From an uncultured Kiritimatiellota bacterium (lineage in GTDB: Bacteria; Verrucomicrobiota; Kiritimatiellia; RFP12; UBA1067), in contig CAKTYZ010000014.1 in NCBI GenBank assembly GCA_934635225.1, positions 25,597-89,596 on the forward strand: a stretch of DNA of 64,000 nucleotides, given 5' to 3'. Shown piece after piece: positions 7,800 to 17,461 of this stretch. The notes beneath the pieces were generated by a model. The model was not told where the DNA came from. It did no database searches and worked only from the letters and a program-made list of their open reading frames with translations. Position 1 is the stretch's first letter. Each line of letters opens with the position of its first letter. Both the position numbers and the translations under genes were made by a program.

Positions 7800-8684
7800 A
7801 TGAAACGCATTCTGATAACGGGCGGAACGGGGTTCTTCGGGAAGTCGATCCTGGACTGCCATCGGCGGTGTCCGTTGGGCGAGCTGACGGTCCTGTCGCG
7901 GTCGGCCTTCCGCTTTGCCGAACGGTATCCTGAACTGTCCGTCGGCGTGCGCTTCCTTGAAGGTGATGTGCGCACGTTCGCGGTCGGTGCGGCGAAGTTT
8001 GACTGGGTGATTCATGCGGCCACCCCGGCTCGAATCGATGTCGCGGACGCGGAAATGCGTTCGATCATTCTCGACGGCACGGCGAACGCCTTGCGTCAGG
8101 CTCGTGCCTGTGGTGCGGAGAGGTTCATGATGGTCTCCTCGGGAGGCGTGTATGGGCGCGGCTTCGGTCGTCCGTTCTCGGAAGATGACGAGCCGAGGCC
8201 GTACACGGCCTACGGCACGGCCAAGCTGGAAGCGGAACGGATGGCGGTCGATTCGGGACTGTTTGTACTTCTGCCGCGATGCTTTGCCTTTGTCGGCAAG
8301 TATCTGGATCGTGACGCGCATTTCGCTGTCGGGAATTTCATCCGCGACGCGCTGCAGGGGAAGGACCTCATCATCACTGGCGATGGTTCGCCCTTGAGGT
8401 CCTATCTTTATGCGGACGATTTGGTGGACTGGCTGTGGGCCATTCTGTCGCGCGGCGCATCGGGGCGGGTCTATAACGTCGGCTCGGATGAGGCGGTCTC
8501 GATTCGCGGTCTCGCGCGGCAGGTCTGCGATTCCCTTGGCGCGAAGGGTGTGGTGCGCGTGCTGGGCCAGCCTGTGCGCGGCGCGGCGAATGTCTACGTG
8601 CCGGACGTCTGCCGCGCGAAAAGCGAACTCGGCCTTCGCGTCAAGGTGGGCCTTGCGGAAGCCATACGGAAGTCCATTTGCTGA
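7800..8684 (+). CDS. NAD-dependent epimerase/dehydratase-family (extended SDR) sugar reductase or epimerase
   Basis: MKRILITGGTGFFGKSIL glycine-rich loop and a YTAYGTAK (YxxxK) catalytic motif. Confidence 0.8.
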   Translation: MKRILITGGTGFFGKSILDCHRRCPLGELTVLSRSAFRFAERYPELSVGVRFLEGDVRTFAVGAAKFDWVIHAATPARIDVADAEMRSIILDGTANALRQARACGAERFMMVSSGGVYGRGFGRPFSEDDEPRPYTAYGTAKLEAERMAVDSGLFVLLPRCFAFVGKYLDRDAHFAVGNFIRDALQGKDLIITGDGSPLRSYLYADDLVDWLWAILSRGASGRVYNVGSDEAVSIRGLARQVCDSLGAKGVVRVLGQPVRGAANVYVPDVCRAKSELGLRVKVGLAEAIRKSIC

Positions 8685-8707
8685 AATCACGAAGGAGGGA
8701 AAATCAG

Positions 8708-9676
8708 ATGGAGAATGATAAGCTGCAAGTGTTTGTCGCGACATACGACCGACCGAGATTGCTGGCGCGGCAGCTTGACTCAATCCTGTCTCAGACCTGT
8801 CCGCCGCGCGAGGTGACGGTTCTGGACAACGGAAGCAACCCGAAGACGCGTGAAGTCGTCCTGTCGCGCGCGGAGCGAGGGGCGCGTCATTGTTCGACGG
8901 GGGACCTGGGGCGGCTGGGCAACATGCTGACGGCGCAGAGGCTGGCCAAGGACGGATGTCATGTCGCCGTCTTTCATGATGACGATGTCCTTGATCCGCA
9001 TTACTTCGCGTTTGTAAGCAAGCTGTTGAATCGGCATCCCGACCTTGCGCTTGTCGTCGGAGAGTCCGTTCAGTTGCCCGTCGATGAGATTCGGTTCTGT
9101 CCGGAGCCGCCATCGGGTCGCGGATTGCTGCTGGATTCCAGGGCATGGGCCTCCTTCTTGTTCGACTGTGGCGCACGGCGCTATCCGTTTGCGTTTTATC
9201 GGTCGGATGTCTTCAGGACCTTGGACATCCCAGACCTGCATCGGCGTTGCGGGCGGGCACATGATATCGCCATCTTGCTGCGTGCGGGGGCTTGCGGGCA
9301 GACGGGGTTCCTGTCGCACCCGTTTGCGGTCTACTGCTGCCATCCCGGACAGGACTCGTATGATCCGAACACGTTCCCGGACGTTCGGTGCTTTGCGAAC
9401 CTCTATGCAGAGTACCATCGCCAGCTGGGAGATGACTTGCGGAATCTGGGCGCATTCTCCTATTCATTTCAGTTTATGCGGAAGTTGCGGTCTTCTTACA
9501 AGCGACGTGGAAAGAGGACGCTCTCCTATCCGGACTTTCTCGCTTATGCGCGAGAGGTTGGAGCCTATCCTTCCTCGGGGCGGTGGGTGAGGGTGCTCTC
9601 GAACCACCTGACGCAAAAACTGGTCGAATCCTTGGTGAAGAAGTCGTTTCGGAGGGCTGAGCGGACCATTTGTTAG
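8708..9676 (+). CDS. Glycosyltransferase family 2
   Basis: LQVFVATYDRPRLLARQLDSILSQT..VTVLDNGSNPKT and FHDDD motifs. SD aggaggg lies before ATG 8708. Confidence 0.75.
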   Translation: MENDKLQVFVATYDRPRLLARQLDSILSQTCPPREVTVLDNGSNPKTREVVLSRAERGARHCSTGDLGRLGNMLTAQRLAKDGCHVAVFHDDDVLDPHYFAFVSKLLNRHPDLALVVGESVQLPVDEIRFCPEPPSGRGLLLDSRAWASFLFDCGARRYPFAFYRSDVFRTLDIPDLHRRCGRAHDIAILLRAGACGQTGFLSHPFAVYCCHPGQDSYDPNTFPDVRCFANLYAEYHRQLGDDLRNLGAFSYSFQFMRKLRSSYKRRGKRTLSYPDFLAYAREVGAYPSSGRWVRVLSNHLTQKLVESLVKKSFRRAERTIC

Positions 9677-9766
9677 TCGTAAAACGCCCTGGCCTTGGGG
9701 ACAGGCTTCGCAGGATGGCTCTGCCCGTCGGATTCTGTGCGCCTCTCTGTGCCTGCGGTGGCGTTC

Positions 9767-9876
9767 GGACGTCTCAACGGAGAGAACGGAATCTCTCAAC
9801 GGAGAGAACGCAATGACTCAACGGAGAGAACGCCGCGTCTCCGTTGAGTCGTTTTGATCTCTCCGTTGAGACGTCC
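9767..9876. repeat. Nested inverted/direct repeat cluster built from the unit CTCAACGGAGAGAACG
   Basis: Forward copies at 9772-9788, 9794-9810 and 9817-9832. Reverse copies at 9838-9850 and 9858-9876. The outer 19-bp perfect inverted repeat is 9767-9785 / 9858-9876; the inner 13-bp stem is 9815-9827 / 9838-9850. Confidence 0.85.
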
Positions 9877-10159
9877 GGTCGTCCCCTTGACGCAGTGTGG
9901 GCGAGTCCGTTTCGTTCCTAAGGCCGACCTCAGAGCGGGCACAAGGTGGGTACGGAGGATTGGGGACAGGCCCTTTGCTAATTCTGGTTTTTCGTTGGAA
10001 GAACGGATATTTCATATAATTCACAGGTCAGCCGCGTCATCCGTCATGCTTGAGTCCCTCTCGCATCCGTTGATACGGCTTGGAATTGATCTTCCATTGT
10101 AGAGAATCGGCGTGTTTCATGGATCGGCTTGGAGGTGCTTGCTCCCTGCGAAATAAAAA

Positions 10160-10168
10160 TGATATACT
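10160..10168 (+). promoter_or_regulatory. Extended -10-like box TGATATACT upstream of the M20 peptidase gene
   Basis: TGnTATAnT variant in an AT-richer intergenic region, 56 nt before ATG 10225. Confidence 0.35.
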
Positions 10169-10224
10169 CCTGACAACTTCTTGTTGAGAAGCATTAAGCG
10201 ACTAAAGGAAGAGGAAAATGTCCG

Positions 10225-11628
10225 ATGGAGACTATGAACGCAGAGACGGACGACTGGCTGAAATCAAACGACTCGAAGGATTACTTCGAACTCTTGAAGA
10301 TGCCCACGGTCGGCGCGGAGCCGCTTCATCTGCGCGACTGTGTGCAGGCCGCGACGTGGTTGAAGAAATGGCTCGCAAAGATCGGGGCTGAGGCGGAACT
10401 GGTCCTTCCGGGGGGACGGGGCGCGGATGTCGCGTCGTCCGTGCCTGTCGTCTATGGAGAGCTGAAGGGCGATGAAGGCGCGACGACGGTTCTCGTCTAC
10501 GGACACTATGACGTCCAGCCGCCGGATCCGCAGGACCTTTGGGAGACGCCGCCGTTCGAGCCGACTCTGAAGGCGGACGGGCGCGTCTACTGTCGTGGCG
10601 CCCAGGATGACAAGGGCCAGTTCTTTGCCTTTCTTTGCGGCGTTCGCGAGCTCCTTTCGACGCATGGGGGCCGACTGTCCGTCAACTTGAAGTTTCTTCT
10701 TGAAGGGCAGGAGGAATCCGGTTCGGGCGCGCTCTTCCGCCTGCTGGAAGATCCGTTGTTCCGCAAACGTGTCGCGGCAGACGTGTTGCTTGTCTCTGAC
10801 ACGGGCGCCGGGGCGGATCTTCGCCCGGCGATTGTCGCGGGCCTGCGCGGCGTTTGCCACTTTACGGTGAAGCTCACGGCGGCGAATCGCGATCTCCATT
10901 CGGGTGAATATGGCGGCCTTGCGCCGAATGCCGCGCAGGGGATCGCCGAACTTGTCGCATCGCTGCACAACCCCGACGGTTCGATTGCCGTTGCGGGGTT
11001 TCGCGATGGCATCGAGCCGCCGACGCATGAGGAGCTTGCCGCCGCAGAGACGGGCTTTGCGAACGAGGAGCAGCTGAAGGCCGACATCGGCACGGACCCT
11101 TGCGGCGGGCAGTGCGGCAAGACGATTGTCCAGCGCGTCGGGTTCGAGCCGACAATTGAGGTGAACGGCATCCATTCGGGCTACGGCGGCCCTGGCTCAA
11201 AGACGGTCATCCCGTGCGAGGCGTTCGCCAAGCTGTCAATGCGCCTTGTTCCGGGCCAGCGCCCGTCCGCGTGCCATGATGCCGTGCGGACGCATCTGAA
11301 GGACCGATGCCCGAAGGGCATGGCCGTCTCCTTTCCCGAGGACAGCGGGCTCTCGGCCGCGATGCGCCTTCCGTTGGCTTCGCCGCTTTTCCGTCTGGCG
11401 GAAGACTTGCTGACGGAGATGGATTCGCGCGGACCCGTCTTCCTGTGGGACGGCGCGTCGATTCCCGTCGTGTCCGCGCTGAAGGTGGCCTCGGGTGCGG
11501 CGCCGTTGCTGGTTGGCTGGGGACAGCCCGAGGACCGCATCCACTCGCCGAACGAAAGTTATTCCGTTCGCCAGTTCGCCTGTGCGAAGGAGTGGGCGAA
11601 ACGGATTCTTACGGCGCTGATGAGATGA
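10225..11628 (+). CDS. M20-family metallopeptidase/dipeptidase
   Basis: VYGHYDVQPPDPQDLWETPPFEPTLKADGRVYCRGAQDDKGQ and LLEGQEESGS are typical of the M20 (ArgE/DapE/CPG2) family. Confidence 0.85.
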   Translation: METMNAETDDWLKSNDSKDYFELLKMPTVGAEPLHLRDCVQAATWLKKWLAKIGAEAELVLPGGRGADVASSVPVVYGELKGDEGATTVLVYGHYDVQPPDPQDLWETPPFEPTLKADGRVYCRGAQDDKGQFFAFLCGVRELLSTHGGRLSVNLKFLLEGQEESGSGALFRLLEDPLFRKRVAADVLLVSDTGAGADLRPAIVAGLRGVCHFTVKLTAANRDLHSGEYGGLAPNAAQGIAELVASLHNPDGSIAVAGFRDGIEPPTHEELAAAETGFANEEQLKADIGTDPCGGQCGKTIVQRVGFEPTIEVNGIHSGYGGPGSKTVIPCEAFAKLSMRLVPGQRPSACHDAVRTHLKDRCPKGMAVSFPEDSGLSAAMRLPLASPLFRLAEDLLTEMDSRGPVFLWDGASIPVVSALKVASGAAPLLVGWGQPEDRIHSPNESYSVRQFACAKEWAKRILTALMR

Positions 11629-12266
11629 GCGCATCGGCAAAGATTCTCGTCGTCGAAGACGACTCGACCATCCGCACCCTGCTCGGCATGGCGCTTCAAG
11701 GGGCGGGCTATGCGGATGTCACGATGGCGGGGCGTGGCGATGACGGGCTGGAGGCGGTGCGGCGCGACCGTCCGGATCTCGTTCTCCTTGATGTGATGCT
11801 TCCCGGTCTGGACGGGTTCGCCGTCGCGCGGCGCATCCGCGCGACGGCGGAGCTTGCGGCGACGCGCATCATCATGCTGACGGCCCGCACGGAGCCTGAA
11901 GACATTTGCCGAGGACTGGAGGCCGGCGCGGACGATTACGTCACGAAGCCGTTTGACCGTCAGGTTCTGCTCGCGCGCATCAAGGCCGTTCTGCGGCGAG
12001 GGCTTCCCGTGACGGAAGGCGTTGACTTCGACGGGCTGACGATTGACGAGCCGGGCCGCCGCGCAAAGCTGCGCGGCAAGCCGCTCGACCTGACGGCGGG
12101 CGAGTTCGAGCTGTTGACGCGCCTCCTTGCGCATCGCGGCCGCATCTTCGCGCGCTCCGCCGCCGAGCGCACGGTTGACGTGCAGGTCGCCAAGATCCGC
12201 CAGAAACTCGGCGCGTGGGCGAAGCACATCGAGACGGTGCGCGGCGTTGGCTATCGAATCGGGTGA
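11625..12266 (+). CDS. OmpR-family response regulator
   Basis: KILVVEDD, LVLLDVMLPGLDG, and a winged-helix C-terminus (VDVQVAKIRQKL..VRGVGYRIG). ATGA overlap with the peptidase stop. Confidence 0.9.
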   Translation: MSASAKILVVEDDSTIRTLLGMALQGAGYADVTMAGRGDDGLEAVRRDRPDLVLLDVMLPGLDGFAVARRIRATAELAATRIIMLTARTEPEDICRGLEAGADDYVTKPFDRQVLLARIKAVLRRGLPVTEGVDFDGLTIDEPGRRAKLRGKPLDLTAGEFELLTRLLAHRGRIFARSAAERTVDVQVAKIRQKLGAWAKHIETVRGVGYRIG

Positions 12267-12276
12267 GGGTCGTGGC

Positions 12277-13452
12277 ATGAAAGGCGATCGGTTCAGCTGG
12301 GTTGGCCCGCTTCTTGCGGCCATGGCGTTCGTGACGGTGCTGGTCGCGTTCGTCTGGCAGCTCTTCGTCTATCAGCGGAACGTCCGCATGTGGTCCGAGC
12401 AAGAACTTCAGTCGCGCGCGGACCTTGCGGCCATCGTGCTGGCCGAGCCGCTCAGGACGCTGGATTTCAAGACGATTCAGTCCTTTGGCGACCAGTGCAA
12501 GGCGGACGGTCTTCGGCTGCGCATCTGCCATGGAGACCGTTTCTTCGTCTCGCCGAGTGACGGGGACGGCGGCTTCTACGACACGACGGGAGGGGCGGAC
12601 GTTCCCTGCTTCTTCAAGGTCGTGAAGTCGGGCAATTACAGGATTGGCGTCGGCCGTCCGTCCTTTCTGATGCTGCTGCCGTTCTTGAAGGCGCTGGCCG
12701 TGATCGTCTTGGCCGGATTGTTGGGTGTCGTGGGCGTCATTCTCTTCTTTGTCGTGACATGGCGTCAGCGCCTGAAGATCCGTACGCTCGCCAATTTGGA
12801 GCGGTTTCGCCGCGAGTTCATCGCCGATGTCTCGCACGAGATCAAGACGCCGCTGACGGGTATCCTCGGCGCGGCGGACCTGATGGCGGAAAGCGATCCT
12901 CTCGTTCAGATGATCAAGAAGGAGTCGAAGCGGCTCAATGCGCTTGTTCAGCAGATTCTCGACCTTGCCCGTCTTGAACGCGAAGGCGAAACGCTGCGGT
13001 TGGAGGAAGTCGACCTCGCCGAACTTGTGCCCGAGACGGTCGCGCTGTTCCAGCCGAAGGCCCGTGCGGCGGGGGTTGCCCTTTCGGTCGCGCCGATTCC
13101 TCCGCTTCGGCTGATATGCGATCCGCAGCTTCTTGCGCAGGCGCTTGCGAATCTTGTCGAGAACGCCCTGCGCCATTCGGGGTCGTCCAGCGTCCGCGTC
13201 TCTTGTGACGCGACGGAGCGCGCCGTTCGTCTCGTCGTCGAGGATGCGGGGCGCGGCGTGCCGCCGGAAGAGGTCACGCGCATCTTCGAACGCTTCCATC
13301 GCGCCGATCCCGCGCGTGCGGCGGAAACCGGAGGCGCGGGCCTTGGCTTGGCCATTGTCCGGCGCATTGCGCGTCTCCATGGCGGCGATGTCTCCTGCGA
13401 ACCCGTCGTCCCCCACGGCGCCCGTTTCGTCATCCGCCTCTCCCGCGCGTAG
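12277..13452 (+). CDS. Sensor histidine kinase (two TM segments, periplasmic sensor)
   Basis: H-box FIADVSHEIKTPLT, N-box LVENALRHS, G-boxes EDAGRGVP and GGAGLGLAIV. Confidence 0.9.
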   Translation: MKGDRFSWVGPLLAAMAFVTVLVAFVWQLFVYQRNVRMWSEQELQSRADLAAIVLAEPLRTLDFKTIQSFGDQCKADGLRLRICHGDRFFVSPSDGDGGFYDTTGGADVPCFFKVVKSGNYRIGVGRPSFLMLLPFLKALAVIVLAGLLGVVGVILFFVVTWRQRLKIRTLANLERFRREFIADVSHEIKTPLTGILGAADLMAESDPLVQMIKKESKRLNALVQQILDLARLEREGETLRLEEVDLAELVPETVALFQPKARAAGVALSVAPIPPLRLICDPQLLAQALANLVENALRHSGSSSVRVSCDATERAVRLVVEDAGRGVPPEEVTRIFERFHRADPARAAETGGAGLGLAIVRRIARLHGGDVSCEPVVPHGARFVIRLSRA

Positions 13453-13517
13453 ACGTCCGCCCGCACCTGCCGCGCCGCCGGGCGATTGTGCGCAGTCGCG
13501 TAGGCTGTCGCGGAAAA

Positions 13518-13526
13518 TGGTATAAT
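13518..13526 (+). promoter_or_regulatory. Extended -10 promoter box TGGTATAAT (ugd-uxs)
   Basis: Exact 9-mer, intergenic, 51 nt before ATG 13578. Confidence 0.5.
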
Positions 13527-13577
13527 GTAGGCCGTGTTCGTGGTTGAACTGTCGTGTCGATAGAGGGACAACAAAGG

Positions 13578-14942
13578 ATGAACAAGGATATCGTTTGCAT
13601 AGGCGCGGGCTATATTGGCGGCCCGACGATGGCGGTTATCGCCAAGATGAACCCAGACCGCCGGGTTGTGGTCGTTGACATCAACGAGGCGCGCATCGCG
13701 GCCTGGAACTCGGCTGACTACGCTCTCCCGATCTATGAGCCGGGGCTTGTCGAGATCGTCAGGGAAGTGCGCGGCAGGAACCTCTTTTTCTCAACCGACA
13801 TCCGGAAGGCCGTCTGCGACTGCGACACGATTTTCGTGGGCGTCAATACGCCGACGAAGATGTTCGGCAAGGGCGCGGGCCGCGCGTCAGACCTGCAGTA
13901 CTGGGAAGCGACGGCGCGCAACATTGCGCAGTGGGCGAACGGCGACAAGGTCGTCGTCGAGAAATCGACGCTTCCCGTTCGCACGGCCGCCGCGATGTCC
14001 GCGATTCTCAACACGCACGAGAAGTATCATTTCGAGGTTCTCTCCAATCCCGAGTTTTTGGCCGAGGGCACGGCCATCGTGGACCTCCTGTCACCCGACC
14101 GCGTCCTTATCGGCGGCGCCCGGACGCCTTCGGGTGAGGCGGCCGTTGCCGCGCTCGTTGACGTCTACGCCGGCAAGGGCGAGACGTGGGTGCCGCGCGA
14201 ACGGATTCTCACGACGAACGTCTGGTCCGCCGAACTCACGAAACTTGCCGCGAACGCCTTCCTCGCCCAGCGCGTCAGTTCCATCAACGCCATTGCCGGC
14301 CTCTGCGAAGCGACAGGGGCGGATGTGGACGAGGTGGCGCGTGTCATCGGCGCGGACCGGCGCATCGGCCCCAAGTTCCTCAAGGCGGGTCCAGGCTTCG
14401 GCGGCAGTTGCTTCAAGAAGGACGTTCTGAACCTCGTCTACCTTTGCGAGTCGTTTGGCCTCCATACCGCTGCCGAGTACTGGATGGGCGTCATCAAGAT
14501 GAACGACCACCAGCAGGAACGCATCGTCACGCGCCTTTTCAAGACGATGTTCAATACGCTTGCGAACAAGAAGATCGCACTGTTCGGCTTCGCGTTCAAG
14601 GCCGATACGGGCGACACGCGCGAGACCCCGGCGGGAGCGGTGGCGCGGCTTCTTGCGGACGAGCATGTTCGTTTGGCGATCACGGACCCGAAGGCGCTTC
14701 CGAACGCAAGGCTTGACCTGTCCGACCTCTCGGACGTCGCCTATGAAGACGACCCCTACAAGGCCGCCGAGGGCTCGGATGCCATTGTCGTGATGACGGA
14801 TTGGAAGGAATACAAAGATCTTGACTGGGCGAGGCTCTATGCCGCGATGCGCAAGCCCGCACTGGTCTTTGATGCGCGCAATTGCCTCGATGGCGCACAG
14901 TTGAAAAAGATTGGCTTTAACGTTCTGAACATTGGGAAATAA
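13578..14942 (+). CDS. ugd: UDP-glucose 6-dehydrogenase
   Basis: [13 protein letters not shown], the [10 protein letters not shown] catalytic Cys motif, and a [12 protein letters not shown] motif. Confidence 0.9.
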   Translation: MNKDIVCIGAGYIGGPTMAVIAKMNPDRRVVVVDINEARIAAWNSADYALPIYEPGLVEIVREVRGRNLFFSTDIRKAVCDCDTIFVGVNTPTKMFGKGAGRASDLQYWEATARNIAQWANGDKVVVEKSTLPVRTAAAMSAILNTHEKYHFEVLSNPEFLAEGTAIVDLLSPDRVLIGGARTPSGEAAVAALVDVYAGKGETWVPRERILTTNVWSAELTKLAANAFLAQRVSSINAIAGLCEATGADVDEVARVIGADRRIGPKFLKAGPGFGGSCFKKDVLNLVYLCESFGLHTAAEYWMGVIKMNDHQQERIVTRLFKTMFNTLANKKIALFGFAFKADTGDTRETPAGAVARLLADEHVRLAITDPKALPNARLDLSDLSDVAYEDDPYKAAEGSDAIVVMTDWKEYKDLDWARLYAAMRKPALVFDARNCLDGAQLKKIGFNVLNIGK

Positions 14943-14943
14943 G

Positions 14944-15936
14944 ATGAAGATTGAACTTCCGACGAAGGCGCTGGTCACGGGCGGCGCGGGCTTTCTGGGC
15001 ACGCATCTCTGCAAGAGACTGCTTGACGAGGGTTGTGAAGTCACTTGCATGGACAACCTCTTCACGGGGATGAAGGCCCACGTCGAGCCGTTTCTGGGCA
15101 ATTCGCGCTTCACGTTTGTCCAGCATGACGTGACCCAGCCGTTCCGCGGACAGTATGACGAAATCTACAATCTCGCGTGCCCGGCGTCGCCGATACACTA
15201 TCAGCGCAACCCGCTGGAGACGCTGTGGACGGCGGTCTTCGGACTCAAGAACTGTCTTGACCTCGCCCGCGACACCGGGGCGCGCGTGCTGCATGCCTCG
15301 ACTTCCGAGATCTACGGTGACCCGATTGTGCATCCTCAGGTCGAAAGCTACTGGGGAAACGTGAACACGATAGGCGTGCGCAGTTGCTACGACGAAGGCA
15401 AGCGCGTGGGAGAGACCGTGGCGACCGAATATCGTCGTTGCCATGGGGTGGACGTGCGCATGGTGCGCATCTTCAACACCTACGGCCCGCATATGCATCC
15501 GCAAGACGGACGCGTCATCTCGAACTTCGTCTTGCAGGCGCTCCGCAACGAGGACATCACGATCTTCGGGGACGGCTCGCAGACGCGAAGCTTCCAGTAT
15601 TGCGATGACCTCGTCGAGGCCATGCGCCGCTTCATGTCACTTGACCGGACGACGGTTGACGCGTTCTGCGCAGATCACCGACTCGGGGCCCCCGTCGTCA
15701 ATACGGGGAATCCGGGCGAATACACGATCAGGCAGCTTGCGGAGAAGGTGCTGGAGCTCATACCCGAATCAACGTCAAGGCTTGTCTATCGGCCGCTTCC
15801 CGGCGATGACCCGAAGAAACGCAAGCCGGACATCTCCCTCGCACGGGAACTTCTCGGTTGGGAGCCGATGGTCTCGCTCGACACGGGCCTCAGGAAGACA
15901 ATCGACTATTTTCGCGCGTCGCCGTTCTCGCGATGA
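14944..15936 (+). CDS. uxs: UDP-glucuronate decarboxylase (UDP-xylose synthase)
   Basis: [74 protein letters not shown]. Confidence 0.9.
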   Translation: MKIELPTKALVTGGAGFLGTHLCKRLLDEGCEVTCMDNLFTGMKAHVEPFLGNSRFTFVQHDVTQPFRGQYDEIYNLACPASPIHYQRNPLETLWTAVFGLKNCLDLARDTGARVLHASTSEIYGDPIVHPQVESYWGNVNTIGVRSCYDEGKRVGETVATEYRRCHGVDVRMVRIFNTYGPHMHPQDGRVISNFVLQALRNEDITIFGDGSQTRSFQYCDDLVEAMRRFMSLDRTTVDAFCADHRLGAPVVNTGNPGEYTIRQLAEKVLELIPESTSRLVYRPLPGDDPKKRKPDISLARELLGWEPMVSLDTGLRKTIDYFRASPFSR

Positions 15937-16011
15937 CCCCTCCTGCCTTCCCGAAGCAGGCCTTGCGTGATGAGGCGTCTTGCCGTGACCAATGCGTGCG
16001 CGGCCTGTTTT

Positions 16012-16020
16012 TGGTATAAT
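16012..16020 (+). promoter_or_regulatory. Extended -10 promoter box TGGTATAAT (pfk)
   Basis: Exact 9-mer 21 nt before ATG 16042. A short leader carries GGAG 6 nt before the start. Confidence 0.5.
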
Positions 16021-16041
16021 ACGCCGAAATCGGAGCAAACC

Positions 16042-17412
16042 ATGAGTACGATTCTTGATAAGATCATCGCCAATCGCGCGCGCTATACCTGTGATGTGAA
16101 GACGCTGGGAGACTGCACCATCGCGTCGCCGGTTCATCCGGGCAAGTTTGTGCAGGACGGGGAGCGCATCTTTGCCACGGAAAACGAGACCTACGCGAAG
16201 TTTGCGGAGACGAAACTCGGGCATCAGCCGACGTTCGAGCGCGCGGGACCGCGGGAGAGGATCTTCCATGATCCGAGCTGGACGCGTGTCGGCATCTTGA
16301 CGGCGGGAGGTCTTTGCCCGGGCTTGAACACGGTCATCAAGGGGCTGGTCGAAATCCTTGAGTTCGATTACGGCGTCAAGAACATCTTCGGCATCCGCTA
16401 TGGCTATGCGGGACTCAATCCGAAATATGGCTATGAGCCGCTGATGCTCAACCCCGACAATGTGGACACGATTCATGAAGCGGGCGGGACGATCCTTGGG
16501 TCAAGCCGTGGCCAGCAGCCGACCGACATCATGGTGGACACGCTCGTGCGGATGAACATCAACATCCTGTTCTGCATCGGCGGTGACGGTTCTTTGCGGT
16601 GTGCGAGTGACCTCGCGGCAGAAGTCACGCGGCGCGGGCTCAAGATTTCCGTCGTGGGCATCCCGAAGACGGTGGACAACGATCTCGTCTTCGTGGGGCG
16701 CAGCTTTGGCTTTGAAACGGCAGTTGCCGAGGCCGCCGAAGTGACGCGCAACGCGCATGTCGAGGCGAAGGGCACGCCGCATGGCATCGGGCTTGTCAAG
16801 CTGATGGGGCGCGATTCGGGGTTCATTGCCGCCGCCGCGTCGATTGCGAACCCCATCGTCAACTTCTGCCTCGTGCCGGAGGTGAAGTTCGAGATGGAGG
16901 GGCCGAAGGGACTTCTTACGGCCCTCGAGCGCCGCTTTGCCGCCGGCAAGTCCCATGCGGTCATCGTTGTCGCGGAGGGCGCGGGGCAAGAGCTTGTCGC
17001 GGGCGCGGACGAACGAGATGCGAGCGGGAATGTGCTGAAGAAGGACATCGGCATCTACCTCAAGAAGCGCATCTCCGATCACTTCAAGCGTCGTGGCATT
17101 GATTCCAGCGTGAAGTACATCGACCCGAGCTACATCATTCGCAGTTGCCCGGCGCGCGGCACGGACGCCATCCGCTGCTATAGCCTGGCCCGCGCCGCCG
17201 CACACGCGGCGATGGCCGGCCGTACGGATTGCGTCGTCGGCAACCTGGGCGAGAGCTATGCGCTCGTCCCGATTGCGTTGGCGACGATCGAGCGCCAGAA
17301 GCTTGATGTGGACGGTCAGCTTTGGCGGAGCGTCCTTGACGCGACGGGCCAGAACTTCTATTTCGACGGAACGCCCCGCAGCCCGGGGGCGGGTGAGGCT
17401 TTTGCGCCATGA
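16042..17412 (+). CDS. pfk: 6-phosphofructokinase (long form; GGDG motif suggests ATP-dependent)
   Basis: GILTAGGLCPGLN, FCIGGDGSLR, VVGIPKTVDNDL, KLMGRDSGFIA. Confidence 0.9.
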   Translation: MSTILDKIIANRARYTCDVKTLGDCTIASPVHPGKFVQDGERIFATENETYAKFAETKLGHQPTFERAGPRERIFHDPSWTRVGILTAGGLCPGLNTVIKGLVEILEFDYGVKNIFGIRYGYAGLNPKYGYEPLMLNPDNVDTIHEAGGTILGSSRGQQPTDIMVDTLVRMNINILFCIGGDGSLRCASDLAAEVTRRGLKISVVGIPKTVDNDLVFVGRSFGFETAVAEAAEVTRNAHVEAKGTPHGIGLVKLMGRDSGFIAAAASIANPIVNFCLVPEVKFEMEGPKGLLTALERRFAAGKSHAVIVVAEGAGQELVAGADERDASGNVLKKDIGIYLKKRISDHFKRRGIDSSVKYIDPSYIIRSCPARGTDAIRCYSLARAAAHAAMAGRTDCVVGNLGESYALVPIALATIERQKLDVDGQLWRSVLDATGQNFYFDGTPRSPGAGEAFAP

Positions 17413-17461
17413 CCGCGCAAGCCTCCCTCGTGTCGTCTCCTCTTGCCAACTTGCAAATATC

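Noticed and set aside
9772-9876. Short repeated 16-17-nt units, considered as a small CRISPR array.
   Set aside because: There are only three forward copies, separated by 5-6 nt, plus inverted copies that form hairpins. There are no spacer-length unique segments and no cas genes in the window.
9695-9971. The 12-bp direct repeats flanking the hairpin cluster, considered as target-site duplications of a MITE or IS element.
   Set aside because: The sequences immediately inside the two 12-mers are not inverted repeats of each other, and no transposase is present. Kept only as an unexplained repeat.
16042-17412. PPi-dependent phosphofructokinase.
   Set aside because: The motif reads IGGDGS (GGDG) rather than the GGDD I associate with PPi-dependent enzymes, so it is tentatively called ATP-dependent. 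This needs alignment to confirm.
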